A stretch of DNA of 64,000 nucleotides from Heteronotia binoei (taxonomy: Eukaryota). The DNA is taken from NCBI RefSeq assembly GCF_032191835.1, contig NC_083240.1, forward strand, positions 24,800,001-24,864,000. Reading direction: 5' to 3'. Positions 1 to 10,619 of the stretch are shown here, piece by piece. The translations under genes were made by a program, and so were the position numbers. The notes beneath the pieces are model-generated. The model did not search any database. It saw nothing but the letters and a program-made list of their open reading frames with translations, and was not told the origin of the DNA. Each line of letters starts with the position of its first letter. Position 1 is the stretch's first letter.

Positions 1-99
1 TCCGTGACCTTGGGCGGTGGGCACCTGTTTCCCAAGCAAGCGGGAGCCCCAGGCGGCATTCCTTGCTCCTCGGCGGGCCCGCCTTTCTGCTCACGAACT

Positions 100-414
100 C
101 TGAAGTTGGCTGCAGCCGGCCCCTCCACTCCCCATTGGCCCGGCTGAGCAGGCGCTGACTGGCAGCGGAGGAGCGGGTCTCTGAGGCGGCGGGAGGCAGC
201 GGCTGGTGCTTTTTGCCCCTCGTCCCGCTCGAAGCGCCTCGCCTTCCCCTCTCCTCGCGTTCGACCAAAGCCGAGGAGTCTCGGGCGCCAGAGCGAAGGC
301 GGCCGCTGACTTGGGAGTGCCCCATGGCGCCTTCGGCGCAGCAGCTGTAGGTGGCCCGGGCGCGCAGCACTCGAAGAGCCCTCCGCTGGCGCAGGCGGCA
401 CCTCCTCGGAACAG
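100..414 (+). promoter_or_regulatory. CpG-rich promoter and probable non-coding first exon ending at a splice donor (possibly a METTL27 5' exon)
   Basis: High CpG/GC content; inverted CCAAT (attgg ~134-138); donor ACAG|GTGAGG with GT at 415-416. The start is approximate and the link to METTL27 is inferred. Confidence 0.5.
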
Positions 415-1220
415 GTGAGGGACGGCGAAGGCAGGTGCGCGCCGCGGGAAGGGCTGACCCGAGGGGGCGCCTGGCTCGGAAGCGAAGCCCACGCTGGTTC
501 TTCCAGGTAGCTGTGGGGGGTCGAAAGCCCCAAAGTGTCCTGTGGGGGGTCTGGGGGGCCCACATAAATCTTGGGCCCCAGGCCCCCAAAGTCCTAGCTA
601 CGCCCCTGACCATGTGCAAGTGGATTTTTGCCATTTCACACAGTAAAATCCATCTGCAAAGTGCATTGAAAGCATGTTATTGAGTGCGTGTGAAAGCATA
701 ACTGGCAACAGCGCTCTAGGGTCTCAGGCATCAGTCTTTCACATCACTTCCCACCTGGCCCTTTTAACCAGAGATGCCGGGGATTGATCTTTGGACCTTC
801 TGCATACCAAGCAGAGGCTCTTCAGCTGAGCCACAGCCCTTCCCCTAATGAACAAGCAATGCTTATCTCCAAGACCTCAAGCAAACGAACACAAATGAAA
901 TTGCCTTATACTCAATCATACCCTTGGCCCAATTATTGGCTATTCAGGCTGGCAGCCACTTTCCAGGATCTCAGTCTGAGGTCTTTCCCAACCCTTGCTA
1001 CCTATTTTACCTGGAGATGCTGAGGACTGAACCTGGGACCTTCTTCATGCCAATATATCCAGGCCCATACAGCTAGTTCCATCTCAAAAGACATTATTTG
1101 CTGCCTGAGGGAAGGTGGCAGTGAAGTAACCTTTACAGTAACCTTTACAGTGCAGCGGTTACTAGACTGTCAAACTAGGACTTGGGCAATCCATTAATCT
1201 CATCATTGGTTGACCAGGAG

Positions 1221-1700
1221 CATAAGAGAACATAAGAGAAGCCATGTTGGATCAGGCCAATGGCCCATCCAGTCCAACATTCTGTGTCACACAGTGGCCA
1301 AAAAAACAGGTGCCATCAGGAGGTCCACTAGCGGGGCCAGGACACTAGAAGCTCTCCCACTGTTGTCCCCCAACACCAAGAATACAGAGTATCATTGCCC
1401 CAGACAGAGGGGCTAATAGCCTGTGGCTAATAGCCACTGATGGACCTCTGCTCCACAGGCTTATCCAGTCCCCTTTTGACACTATCTATGCATGCAGCTG
1501 CCACCACCTCCTGTGGCAGTGAATTCCATGTGTTAATCACCCTTTGGGTGAAGAAGTACTTCCTTTTAACTGTTCTAGCCCGACTGCTCAGCAATTTCAT
1601 TGAGTGCCCACAAGTTCTTGTATTGTGAGAAAGGGAGAAAAGCACTTCTCTCTATCTTCTCTATCCCACGCATAAACTTGTAAACCTCATGTCACCTTGT
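1221..1700 (-). mobile_element. CR1 LINE 3' fragment
   Basis: Minus ORF 1427-1645 (HNTRTCGHSMKL...RKYFFTQRVINTWNSLPQEVV) resembles the CR1 ORF2 C-terminus; (cataagagaa)x2 tail at ~1221-1240. Confidence 0.85.
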
Positions 1701-1984
1701 CATATCCTACCATGGAGGAAAAATTGGATAAAATTCTGATTGAGAGCACTATGTACTTTTTCTTCCTTTCTCAGAGCGCTCACCTGTTTGCTAATGGATG
1801 GAAATCAAAAGGGCCTCCTTGTCCAGGCATGTATTAGCCACCAAAGGGCCCAACCAGTTACAGGAAATTTCCAAGAAAGTAGTTTTTAAGGAATGTTGTG
1901 AGTCAACTGCTTTCTAACAGGCTAGTAATGTTAGGGACTACCTTCAAGCAGAATGCAAGCCAGCTCCCAAGACCCGAGTCTCTT

Positions 1985-2156
1985 TGTGACGTCACAGAAG
2001 AGGATCCGTCTGACGTCACAATCAACTGCTAGGCTCCTCCCCAGGCATCAGACGCAACGCGCTCCTCCGCCCCCGCGGACTGCATAAATACAAGAGGAAC
2101 CCCTTTGCTTCGTTGCCCTGGCGTTTGGTACCTGTCGCCTTGGTTGCCATGACAGC
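1985..2156 (+). promoter_or_regulatory. CRE-CRE / GC-box / TATA-like / RFX X-box promoter module
   Basis: TGACGTCA at 1987-1994 (inside the 12-bp palindrome TGTGACGTCACA) and at 2011-2018; CCGCCCC ~2067; CATAAATA ~2083; GTTGCCATGACAGC at 2143-2156 (12/14 to the X-box GTTGCCATGGCAAC). Confidence 0.55.
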
Positions 2157-2499
2157 GGAGACGGAGCCATTATCTCGGCTTCCGAAGATGCTCACATGAG
2201 CAGCTTGCCTGATGTGCTGCATTTAAATTAGGACAAAAAAGTGGCTCTCCTTTCTGGAAGGAGGGGAAGAGTCCGAAGGTGCCCTTAGTGTCGGTGCTCA
2301 AGCTAAAACCTCGCCTTCTTAACGCCGTAATGACGCTGGCTGTTGGCTTTTATGCCTTTTGCAAAGTGCCCTGCAATCCTGTGCAAAGTTTATTCCACTC
2401 TCGGGTCCATGGAAATCAAAATTTGCTTAAACTGGAGTGACTCCGCCGAAGGTTGAATAGGGAATTAATTTCTTTAATCAAGGTATATCTCGCTGTTTT

Positions 2500-2917
2500 G
2501 ATCCAAGACACCCTTCGGCCGGGCCACAAAACTCCCAAAGGCCAAGTCTCTTTCAGCTAACGGGCAGGGCTAGGCGTGGGAAACGTCCGCTCTACATTAA
2601 AAGCCGATTATTAAATTCTATAAAACAGCCGGGAGTAATCTCGAGTCCCCGGCTTTCGCCTCCTCCAGTCGAGAGGAATCGGGGGGGGGGGGGACAAAAC
2701 AGGCAGCGTTTTCGTATTTTTTTCACACCGAATCGAACCGGCGGGACTCAGCCCCACAGGCAAATTTTAAACCGAACCCAGCACTCAGTTTGCGTTTAAG
2801 CCGCGCCCAGCCTGAAGATCCGTGGGGTCAAAGACTGGGAAAGGGCGCCGCCTTCTCTGGGAGGGCCGGCCTAGAGGCGGCCAATGGGGGCAGATGAAGA
2901 CCGCCCCCCTGCCTGCC
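2500..2917 (+). promoter_or_regulatory. METTL27: CpG island / proximal promoter or 5' UTR of METTL27
   Basis: CpG-dense; CCAAT at 2881-2885; CCGCCCC ~2901; lies directly before the Kozak-like GCCATGG at 2918. Confidence 0.6.
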
Positions 2918-3040
2918 ATGGCCGTCTCCAGTAGCCGGAGCCTTCCTGAAGTGCAACGCCGCGTTTCCGCGGTCCATCACAGCACCGACCCGGAGGAGCA
3001 ACTGCGCTTCTACGACACTTGGGCCCCGGAGTACGAGCAG
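2918..3040 (+). CDS. METTL27: METTL27 (WBSCR27) SAM-dependent methyltransferase, coding exon 1 of 5; CDS join 2918-3040, 8167-8295, 10026-10161, 10282-10374, 13466-13695
   Basis: MAVSSSRSLPEVQRRVSAVHHSTDPEEQLRFYDTWAPEYEQ resembles the human N-terminus (SLPEVRARV...FYDRWAPDYDQ); 123 nt, phase 0, donor CAG|GTGCTT. Confidence 0.92.
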
Positions 3041-3240
3041 GTGCTTCCTCCCACCCCCGCTTTGCGGGCCTGATGATCACGTGTGCTCCGGAAGCGGTAT
3101 CTAAAGAGCATGTGCAGAGAGCATTCCCTCCGCGCGTTGCTGGCTTTTTTTTTTTTTTTTTGCAAAGCTTTGGCAAATTCGTGGAGGGGAGGTCTTATTA
3201 TTGTTATTGCTCGCATCAGCCAAGTGGAGCTTCTTTGTTC

Positions 3241-3386
3241 AAAGACAGCTGCAATGAGAGCCCTCTCAGCCCCACCCACCACACAGGGTGTCTGTTGTGG
3301 GGGGAGAAGATGTAGGAGATTGTAAGCCGCTCTGAGTCTCCGATTTAGAAAGAAGGGGGGGATATAAATCTACAGTCTTCTTCTTC
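3241..3386 (+). mobile_element. Squam3-like tRNA-derived SINE, 5'-truncated
   Basis: Matches the 3' half of the SINE repeated across the window (ctctcagccccaccc...gggtgtctgttgtgggg...tataaatct...cttctt). Confidence 0.75.
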
Positions 3387-3684
3387 AATGCCGGCGTGTG
3401 TGTGTGTGCAATTATGCAGCCAGAGGAGCAGCCATCATCTTCATATCATACCCTGCTCTGGAGCGTTCCAGTGGCTGGCCAGTACTGGAAATAGGGGAGG
3501 GTTGCTGCCTCAGGTGGCTCCCCGTAGCTACCAGGGGGCCTTTGGGGACACAGCCCCCTGACTTCTGGAAGAGGCCCCCTGACTCTGGGGCCCCAACAAG
3601 CCCCTGGGGCCTCTGCCAGGGCTCCAGGACAGTGGAGAGGCCGCTTCTAGGGCGGGGGGCATAGGCAGTCCCAGCTTCCAGCCT

Positions 3685-4312
3685 CAGTTAAAGGACCCGT
3701 CGATCAGCTGAGCCGTGGGCCCTTTAACTGGTGGGGGGGCGGGGGGCTGCTTCTGCTGCAGGCCCACCTGTTGTTTTACTGGTGGGGAAGAGAGCGTGGC
3801 GGTGAGCTCGCCACAGCCCTCCGTTCCCTGCCACTAAAACAGTGCATGGGCTGGCAGCAGTCACGGCAAGCGGGGGGAGGAGGGGCGGTGAGCGGGGGAG
3901 CACCGCAGTGGCGGGCGAGCAGAGCGCAGTGGCAGGGGGTGGCGAATGGAGTGCAGCAGCAGCGAGTGGGGGCAAGCAGAGTGCGGCAGCTGGAAGACGC
4001 TGGGGTCGCCTGCCTAGGGCCTATTCACCCTAGAGCTGCTCCTAGCAGCAGAAGCAGCCCGCAGCCCCCCCCCCCCACTACTTAAAGGGCCTGTAGACCA
4101 GCTGTTTCGCAGGCCCTTAACTTGCATGGGAGCCTGCTGCTGCTGCTGGCTCACGTTATTTTACTGGTGGGGAAGAGAGGCTGATGGGGAGCTCACCGTA
4201 GCCCTCCATTCCCTGCCACTAAAACAGCGCATGGGGCAGCAGCAGAAGCAGTCCCCAGCCTCCGCACAAGTTAAAGGGCCCATTTAACAGCTGATCCACT
4301 GGCCCTTTAACT
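3685..4312. repeat. GC-rich modular repeat: three CAGCTG-centred hairpins and two 77-bp direct repeats
   Basis: Inverted arms at 3685-3730, 4082-4120 and 4269-4312; direct repeats at 3774-3850 and 4159-4235. Confidence 0.75.
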
Positions 4313-4807
4313 CGCCCAGGGGCTGGGGGCTGCTTCTGCCCCCAGCCCAGAAGCAAGTTGTTTGGTGGGGGGAGGGGAGGGTGGTGGCAAGAGAGAGAGG
4401 CAGGCAGGGAGGGAGCCACTAGAGGGAAGGTCGTTTGGGGCACTGGGCAAGGCTTCAGTGCCCCCCCCAATGTAAATGCCCCCCTCCTGACCTTCCAAAT
4501 TCTGGTTACGGCCCTGCCTGGAGACCTCATGGAATGGCAGCAGATTTCCAGGTGGCAGAAATCAATTCCCCTGGAGGAAGGGGCCGGTTGGGAGAGGGGA
4601 CCTTCAGGCATTTAACAGCACTGAGTTCCAACTCCCCTCTCAGGCTCCACCTCCAAAACTTCAGGGATTTCCTGACCCAGAGTTGGCAACTATAAGGGAG
4701 TTGATCTGATCCAGGCAATGCTTCTGCTCGTGCAGTGAGCTTTCCCTTAATCACTGGGAAAGTGCAGCCCACAGATCTATCAGAGTTGTGAGATTATAGG
4801 GAAGGCC

Positions 4808-5319
4808 CAAGGATGTCAAACTCATTTATTATGAGGGCCAGATCAGACATAAATGACACCTTTTGGGCTGGGCCATGTGCGTACCTATTTAAGATTAGAT
4901 AGCAGCAATATAAACTTTATAAAGGACACAAACACAATTAAATATTTTTTAACTTAAAACATGCTTAAAACATTAGCACTCATTGGTCTTAAAGATGCTT
5001 TCTTTGTATTTCTCCCATGGGATCCAAGAACTGGGCAAATGAAGCTCTGGCTCTTTCCTTCCTTCCCCAGGGGACAAGGATGGGGAGGAGCCTCAACCAA
5101 AAGAAGGAAGAGAGGCTTGGCTCCGTAGCTCTGCTGTGTGATTGAGAGAGCCTGGCAAAGCAAGCTCTGCCTCCCCCTCCCCCCTCCTCTGTAGCTCTTG
5201 TGCAACTGAGCAAGTCTGGCAAAACAAACTGATGGAGAAGGAAGCAGATGACAGCCAGTTGCTCAGAGGCCTGATAGGATCCCTCTGGAGGCCCCTGGGC
5301 TGTATGTTTTACACCCATG
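4808..5319 (+). mobile_element. ~500-bp non-autonomous hAT-like element
   Basis: Degenerate TIRs (caaggatgtcaaac / gttttacacccatg); a homologous copy lies at ~62081-62555. Confidence 0.7.
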
Positions 5320-6396
5320 CCTTACCTGATCAAGGAGATGACTTCCAAGAAGAAGAGGGGATTGGATTTATATCCTCCCCTTAACTCAGGGTCTCAGAGC
5401 AGGTTATGATCTCCTTCCCTTCCTCTCCCTACAGTCAATAAGAATGGGAAAGTGTGTGTGGAGAAACACCATTTCAGGCCTGTGCTTGTCTGGGAGTTGG
5501 CTAGAGGAGTCTACAAAACTCTAGGCAAGGCTTTGGCCTACCTAGTCTATTCTTCCTTCCTCCTGCCCTCCTCTCTGGAAGCAGCACTTCTGAGGAGGCC
5601 TCCTAGAGAGACAGGAAGTCTTTCAGGCTGGTCTCCCAGAAGGCTGCAGGAGGGAAAACCAGTTCCTGGGCGGGAACTGGGGTTTATATTATAGATTTTG
5701 GAAGGGAAAAGTAGTTTGCTTTGAGTCTTGGAGACTGGTGAGTTAGTTCTGGATGGTATGGTCAGGGCCAATTGTATAATAGGGAAAGAAGGAGCGTTTT
5801 TCCCTCGTTTGATTTAGTTCTTCTGTTCACAATTTTATAATGCTTGTATATAGTTATAAATTTTAAATAAATATTTTGTCTGTTTAAAAAGGTAGTCCCT
5901 ATGTACCACATAGTTTCCCCAACCGCCTTAGACCACGCTACTGAAAGAGGGGAGTCCAGGGAAGGGGGAAGGCATACAGTTGGTAAGGTACCAATCCTCC
6001 AGGGGTCTCCCAAAGAAGGGCTATGGTCTCTGTGTTAACCAGGTACTGAGTTGGCAGAGGACCTTGAGGCCACAGAACTGGCAAGGGGGATTGGGAGTCC
6101 TGTTCCTCTCAGTCAGGAACCCCTAAATTGAACAGGTGGTGGCAGTGTGCCCTAGTGGTGGGAAGATTAGCTCTCTTCAGGAATTGGAACTCAAAAGGGA
6201 GTTGATGGGACCCGGTCTGAAGGCAGAATTGGGCCGGTTCTGTCACAGTGTGTATTACCAATTGAGAAAAAAAGTTAAAAGTCCTCACCACTGAAAGCAC
6301 AAGAGAAGAGAAAAACTTTGTCTGACTTCTGAATGGGTAACCAAGATGGCTGCAGGCACACATAAAGGGAGGTAGTTCCTTAACCTCAGTGCCCAC

Positions 6397-6590
6397 CAGT
6401 GTTCCCTCTAAGCTGAGTTAGTGTGAGCTAGCTCACAGAGTTTTAGCCTCCAGCTCACACATTTTTGTCTTAGCTCAGAAAGGATGATCCCAGAGCACAA
6501 TAATTTATGCAGTAGCTCACAACTTTAATGCCAGTAGATCACAAAGAAGAATTTTTGCTCACAAGCCTCTGCAGCTTAGAGGGAACATTG
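6397..6590 (+). mobile_element. hAT-type MITE with perfect 8-bp TSD
   Basis: TIRs CAGTGTTCCCTCTAAGCTG / CAGCTTAGAGGGAACATTG; TSD GTGCCCAC at 6389-6396 and 6591-6598. Confidence 0.88.
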
Positions 6591-7010
6591 GTGCCCACAA
6601 AGAAAAGGCCCTGTTTCTGGTAGCAACCTGCCTCACCTCCAAAGTGAGGGCACACAAAGACAGGCCTTCTTGTTAGATTTCTGGCAGGCAGGGCCAGTTT
6701 ATAGAGGAAAAGGCAGTTCTGTAGATGCTCACACCTCTTAGGATAACAGCAACACTTTGAATTAATTGAGCCCTGATATGAACTGGGAGGCAGCGGCAGT
6801 CATTAATCCTGCCTCAGCCATGGCAGTTAGCCCTCGTTCACCATCTGTCTGCTGCATTTTCACCTCTCAAAGTTTCCAAGTGCTTTCCAAAGGTCGCCCT
6901 GCATACCAGCACAGTTCTCGTGCCTCAATGTTACCAGAACGTGGGTGACAGTAACGGCCTTGCAGAAATAAATGGGCTTGTTTTGCCAGGCTTTCGAGAG
7001 AAGACGACGG

Positions 7011-7275
7011 GGCGATTTCCCACACAGCTTACCAAGGAGTGAAGTCCCTCCTCACCGCGCAGCATCTGTTTGGATTTCCCACCAACTGCTCCGCGGATTC
7101 AGGAAGTGCCGGACCTTTTGCGTCTCAAATGGAAATCGCTAAAACCCTAGTTTACGTTAGCGACGCAAAAGGTCCAGCACTTCCTGAATCCGCGGAGCAG
7201 TTGGTGGGAAATCCGAGCAGACGCTGCGCGGTGAGGAGGGACTTCGCTCCTTGGTAAGCTGTGTGGGAAATCGCC
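7011..7275. mobile_element. Foldback MITE, PIF/Harbinger-like
   Basis: ~115-bp inverted arms with 5 mismatches; flanking 3-mers CGG and CAG, compatible with a CWG-type TSD. Confidence 0.7.
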
Positions 7276-7335
7276 CAGGGACTTCTTATGTCAGAGGAAA
7301 GCTTTAAACCTGGCCAAGTGGATGGCTGCATACAG

Positions 7336-7608
7336 GAAGAAGAAGATATTGGATTTATATCCTGCCCTCCACTCCGAAGAGTCTCAGAGCGGCTCACAAT
7401 CTCCTTTGCCTTCTTCCCCCACAACAGACACCCTGTGATGTAGGTGGGGCTGGAGAGGGCTCTCACAGCAGCTTTCAAGGACAACCTCTGCCAGAGCTAT
7501 GGCTGACCCAAGGCCATGCTAGCAGGTGCAAGTGGAGGAGTGGGGAATCAAACCCGGTTCTCCCAGATAAGAGTCTGCACACTTAACCACTACACCAAAC
7601 TGGCTCTC
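7336..7608 (-). mobile_element. Squam3-like SINE, full length
   Basis: Reverse complement starts GAGAGCCAGTTTGGTGTAGTGGTTAAG (tRNA-like A box) with a B-box-like GGTTTGATTCCC and ends in (CTT)n. Confidence 0.85.
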
Positions 7609-8166
7609 CAGGGTTCCACCTCCCCTCCGCACCCCCGCCCCGAGCTTTCAGATCTTGTACATGCGTCAGCAATACTGGCTCCAAGAACACCCCCAGCTGC
7701 CGAGCTGCCCTTTCAGGGGTGTACAGCGGCCTCCATCACTGATTGGACAGATCGTGCTTCCATGGTTTGATAAGCCTCCATTCTGGCTGATGTCCATCCT
7801 TTGAATCCTTATCTCCCATTTTGCCCCACGCTGGCAGCTGCTGGGCTTCCCCTTCTTGGATCCGTGTTGTTTTGAGCGCTGGGGGGGCTGCTACTGTGTC
7901 TTGGTCTTAGCCAAGACTCAACCCTGACATGTTTCCTGATCTCGGACTCTGCCCTGGAACTTACAGAAGATAAAGAACACAGAGTGCTCCTGTTGAAGGC
8001 AAAGGGCACGTCCCCACGTAGCTAATCCTTTATTGGTTGCCTTGAGCTGAATCTCAGTCTGCTATCAAGATTTATGTATACAGTATCATAGTTTTGGGTT
8101 TTGTTAAAAAAAAAACCATGCTTGTGAATTCAGTTCAAATAATTGCCTGATGCTTTTCTCCTGTAG

Positions 8167-8295
8167 GATGTGACTGTATTGTGCTACCAAGCCCCCCAGT
8201 TGGCTGCTTCCTGCCTGGCCTCGGTGTTCCAGGAATCCATTGCAGATGTGCTGGTGCTGGATGTGGCTTGTGGCACAGGGCTTGTGGCCCAGGAG
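8167..8295 (+). CDS. METTL27: METTL27 coding exon 2
   Basis: Acceptor ctgtag|; DVTVLCYQAPQLAASCLASVFQESIADVLVLDVACGTGLVAQE contains SAM motif I (VLDVACGTG); donor GAG|GTAATG; 129 nt. Confidence 0.95.
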
Positions 8296-8427
8296 GTAAT
8301 GGGGCTCCCCAATCTCATCTGGCCTTGCATCTGAGTCTGGGCTACTGGGAGATTTACCAGGTGCCCGCTAACGGTGGCCTAACTCCTGGTCATTGCAGCT
8401 GATGCCCTCTGACAACAGTGCCTCCAC

Positions 8428-8730
8428 CAGGGGTGGCCAAACCGTGTCTCGGGAACCACATGTGGCTCTTTCACACATATTGTGTGGCTCTCAAAACCCC
8501 CACCACCCCACTGGCCAGCTTGGAGAAGGTGCTTGTCTCTTTAAATCACTTCGCCAAGCTAAGCCAGGTGGCAGCTTGAAAAAGGCATTTAAAATTAAAG
8601 ATGCTTTCTTTCCACCTCTACCTCCCCTCATTTTCCTCCCTTCCTCCAACATCTGACATGTCTTGCGGCTCTCAAACATCTGATGTTTATTCTTCGCAAC
8701 TCTTACGTTAAGTAAGTTTGGCCACCCCTG
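8428..8730 (+). mobile_element. hAT-Charlie-like MITE
   Basis: TIRs CAGGGGTGGCCAAAC / GTTTGGCCACCCCTG; degenerate 8-bp TSD gcctccac/gcctgtac. Confidence 0.85.
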
Positions 8731-9787
8731 GCCTGTACTGTTACATCACTATTCCTGGCTGCATCGAATTTTTCTGACCAAGTGAGAAAGGTACACAATT
8801 GAACCATTCCTATAGGAAAGTGTACCTGGCCATGGCAGCAAACTATCAAGAATGAGGCCTCTGATTAATATAATATCCTTGCCTTTGGTCACAGACAATA
8901 AATGGTTTACAAATTTCATGTTGGACAATTTATAAGAAACGAATGTTGCATTGTAATGTCAGGAGCTATTCTGTAATATCATTTGTTTGATCACTGAGAA
9001 AGGCCAAAGAGCTGAAATGCATGTGGTCAGTTTTGATAATGGTCAGTTTTGGTTCTTAATTGAGGCTATTACCAGGGCCAATATCTATTTTTAATCTACT
9101 TGGTAATAAATACATGTCTGTTTTTGATAATCCGCCAAATTTGATGTTTTTTAATTTAACTAACAGAATGACTGGACCTGTCCATTCAGATCTTCTTAAC
9201 CTTTAGGTTCTTAAAACAGTGCCTGTAGACCAGTAGCAGCCCCAAGCTACAAACCAAAGACCAAAGCACCATCCACATAATACCTTTGATTAAAACAAAC
9301 CCAATGACACGTCGTAGGGCGTAAGCTTTCAAAGTTCCCCAGACTTTTCCGCAGACCATAAAATGTAAAGCATATTCACAACATACAGATGTAAAGATCT
9401 GCTCCCGCAGGCACGTGGGGGAAATTGTGGCAAGCCACCAAGATTAAGCATTGAGGTGTTATAAACCAGGGGCTATAAAAACAAGAGGCAATAAAGCAAT
9501 ACAACTTGATAGCAACAATTGCCCTCAAAGTTTCTTTTGGGTGATAAAAGAGGGGAAAGACTAATTTCTTTGGGGACGGAAAGCCACAGTTGAATCAGTG
9601 AACAGCTGCTGGTGCTATACAGAATTTAGAAGTGTCAGTGGCTTTGTTGCAACCATCTTTGGGGATCCCTCCCCCACCCACCAGTCACACCAGTCTGTTT
9701 GGCATAGCCCTCCTCCCAACTCCTGGGTATCTAGAATGCCCCCTCCAAAGCATGATGGTTGGTGTGTCCCAGGGGTGGAATTCTAAC

Positions 9788-9925
9788 GAACTCCTTTGCA
9801 TGTTAGGCCACACCTGCCCGATGTAGCCAAAGCTCCAAGAACTTATAAAAAAGAGCCTTGTAAGCTCTTGGAGGATTGGCTACATCAGGAGGTGTGGCCT
9901 AATATGCAAAGGAGCTCCTGCTGGA
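9788..9925. mobile_element. Palindromic hAT-like MITE core
   Basis: gaactcctttgcatgttaggccacac...gtgtggcctaatatgcaaaggagctcc inverted arms; same family as 45211 and 56629. Confidence 0.8.
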
Positions 9926-10025
9926 ATGCGACCCTTGGTGTGTCCAAATGTGTCCCACTGAATTGGCAGCCAGCAAGAGGGTACAGTTCTAGGCCAGGAT
10001 CACGTGACTCACGCTATGTTCTAAG

Positions 10026-10161
10026 CTGCAGGCAAAGGGTTTCCGCCGTTTCCACGGCCTGGATGGAAGCCAGGGGATGTTGGAGCATGCACGCCGGAAG
10101 GGGCTGTACCAGGAGCTGAAGCAGTGTATGCTGGGCCAGGAAGCCTTGCCTGCATCCTCAG
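10026..10161 (+). CDS. METTL27: METTL27 coding exon 3
   Basis: Acceptor ttctaag|; LQAKGFRRFHGLDGSQGMLEHARRKGLYQELKQCMLGQEALPASS; donor G|GTAACA; 136 nt, phase 1. Confidence 0.93.
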
Positions 10162-10281
10162 GTAACAGCCAGGAATGAGGGAGAGGCTGGGATGAGCAGT
10201 AAGCTGCTCAGGTTGTTGGTTCCTGTTGCTCTCTCCCCGCTTCCTCTCCCTCACAGCTGAACATCACTCCTTCCATCCCAG

Positions 10282-10374
10282 GTGTCTACGATGCCGTTCT
10301 TATTGTGGGGGCTCTCAGTGAAGGGCAGGTGCCCATCAGCGTCATCCCAGAAGTGCTTCGTGTCACCAAACCAG
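10282..10374 (+). CDS. METTL27: METTL27 coding exon 4
   Basis: Acceptor ccatcccag|; (G)VYDAVLIVGALSEGQVPISVIPEVLRVTKP; donor CCAG|GTAGGG; 93 nt. Confidence 0.95.
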
Positions 10375-10425
10375 GTAGGGCCTTTGGCAAGATGAGCTCG
10401 ATTGCTGGGAGGACGGATTCAGCGG

Positions 10426-10619
10426 CAGTGCTCCCTCTAAGCAGTTGAGTCTTGTGAGCAAAAATTCTACTTTGTGAGCCGCTGGCATTCAAGTTGTGAG
10501 CTACTGTATAAATTAGTTTGCTCTGGGGCCATTTTTCCTGAGCTAAGACAGATATGTGTGAGCCAGAGGCTAAAAAGCTGTGAGCTAGCTCACACTAACT
10601 CAGCTTTGAGGGAACACTG
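10426..10619 (-). mobile_element. hAT MITE, same family as 6397-6590
   Basis: TIRs cagtgctccctctaagc / gctttgagggaacactg; 6/8 TSD ttcagcgg/ttcatcag. Confidence 0.8.

Noticed and set aside
2822-2917. N-terminal extension of METTL27 (GTG at 2822, in-frame ATG at 2894)
   Set aside because: Similarity to METTL27 begins only near ATG 2918, which has the better Kozak context. An 8-aa extension from 2894 cannot be excluded but is unsupported.
8420-8440. CTCF-like CCACCAGGGGTGGC
   Set aside because: Formed by the junction of a TSD and a hAT TIR, and a weaker match than the reported sites.
8860-9480. AT-rich stretch suggestive of an old L1/Tx1 or Penelope remnant
   Set aside because: I could not recover a diagnostic protein motif by eye; needs RepeatMasker.
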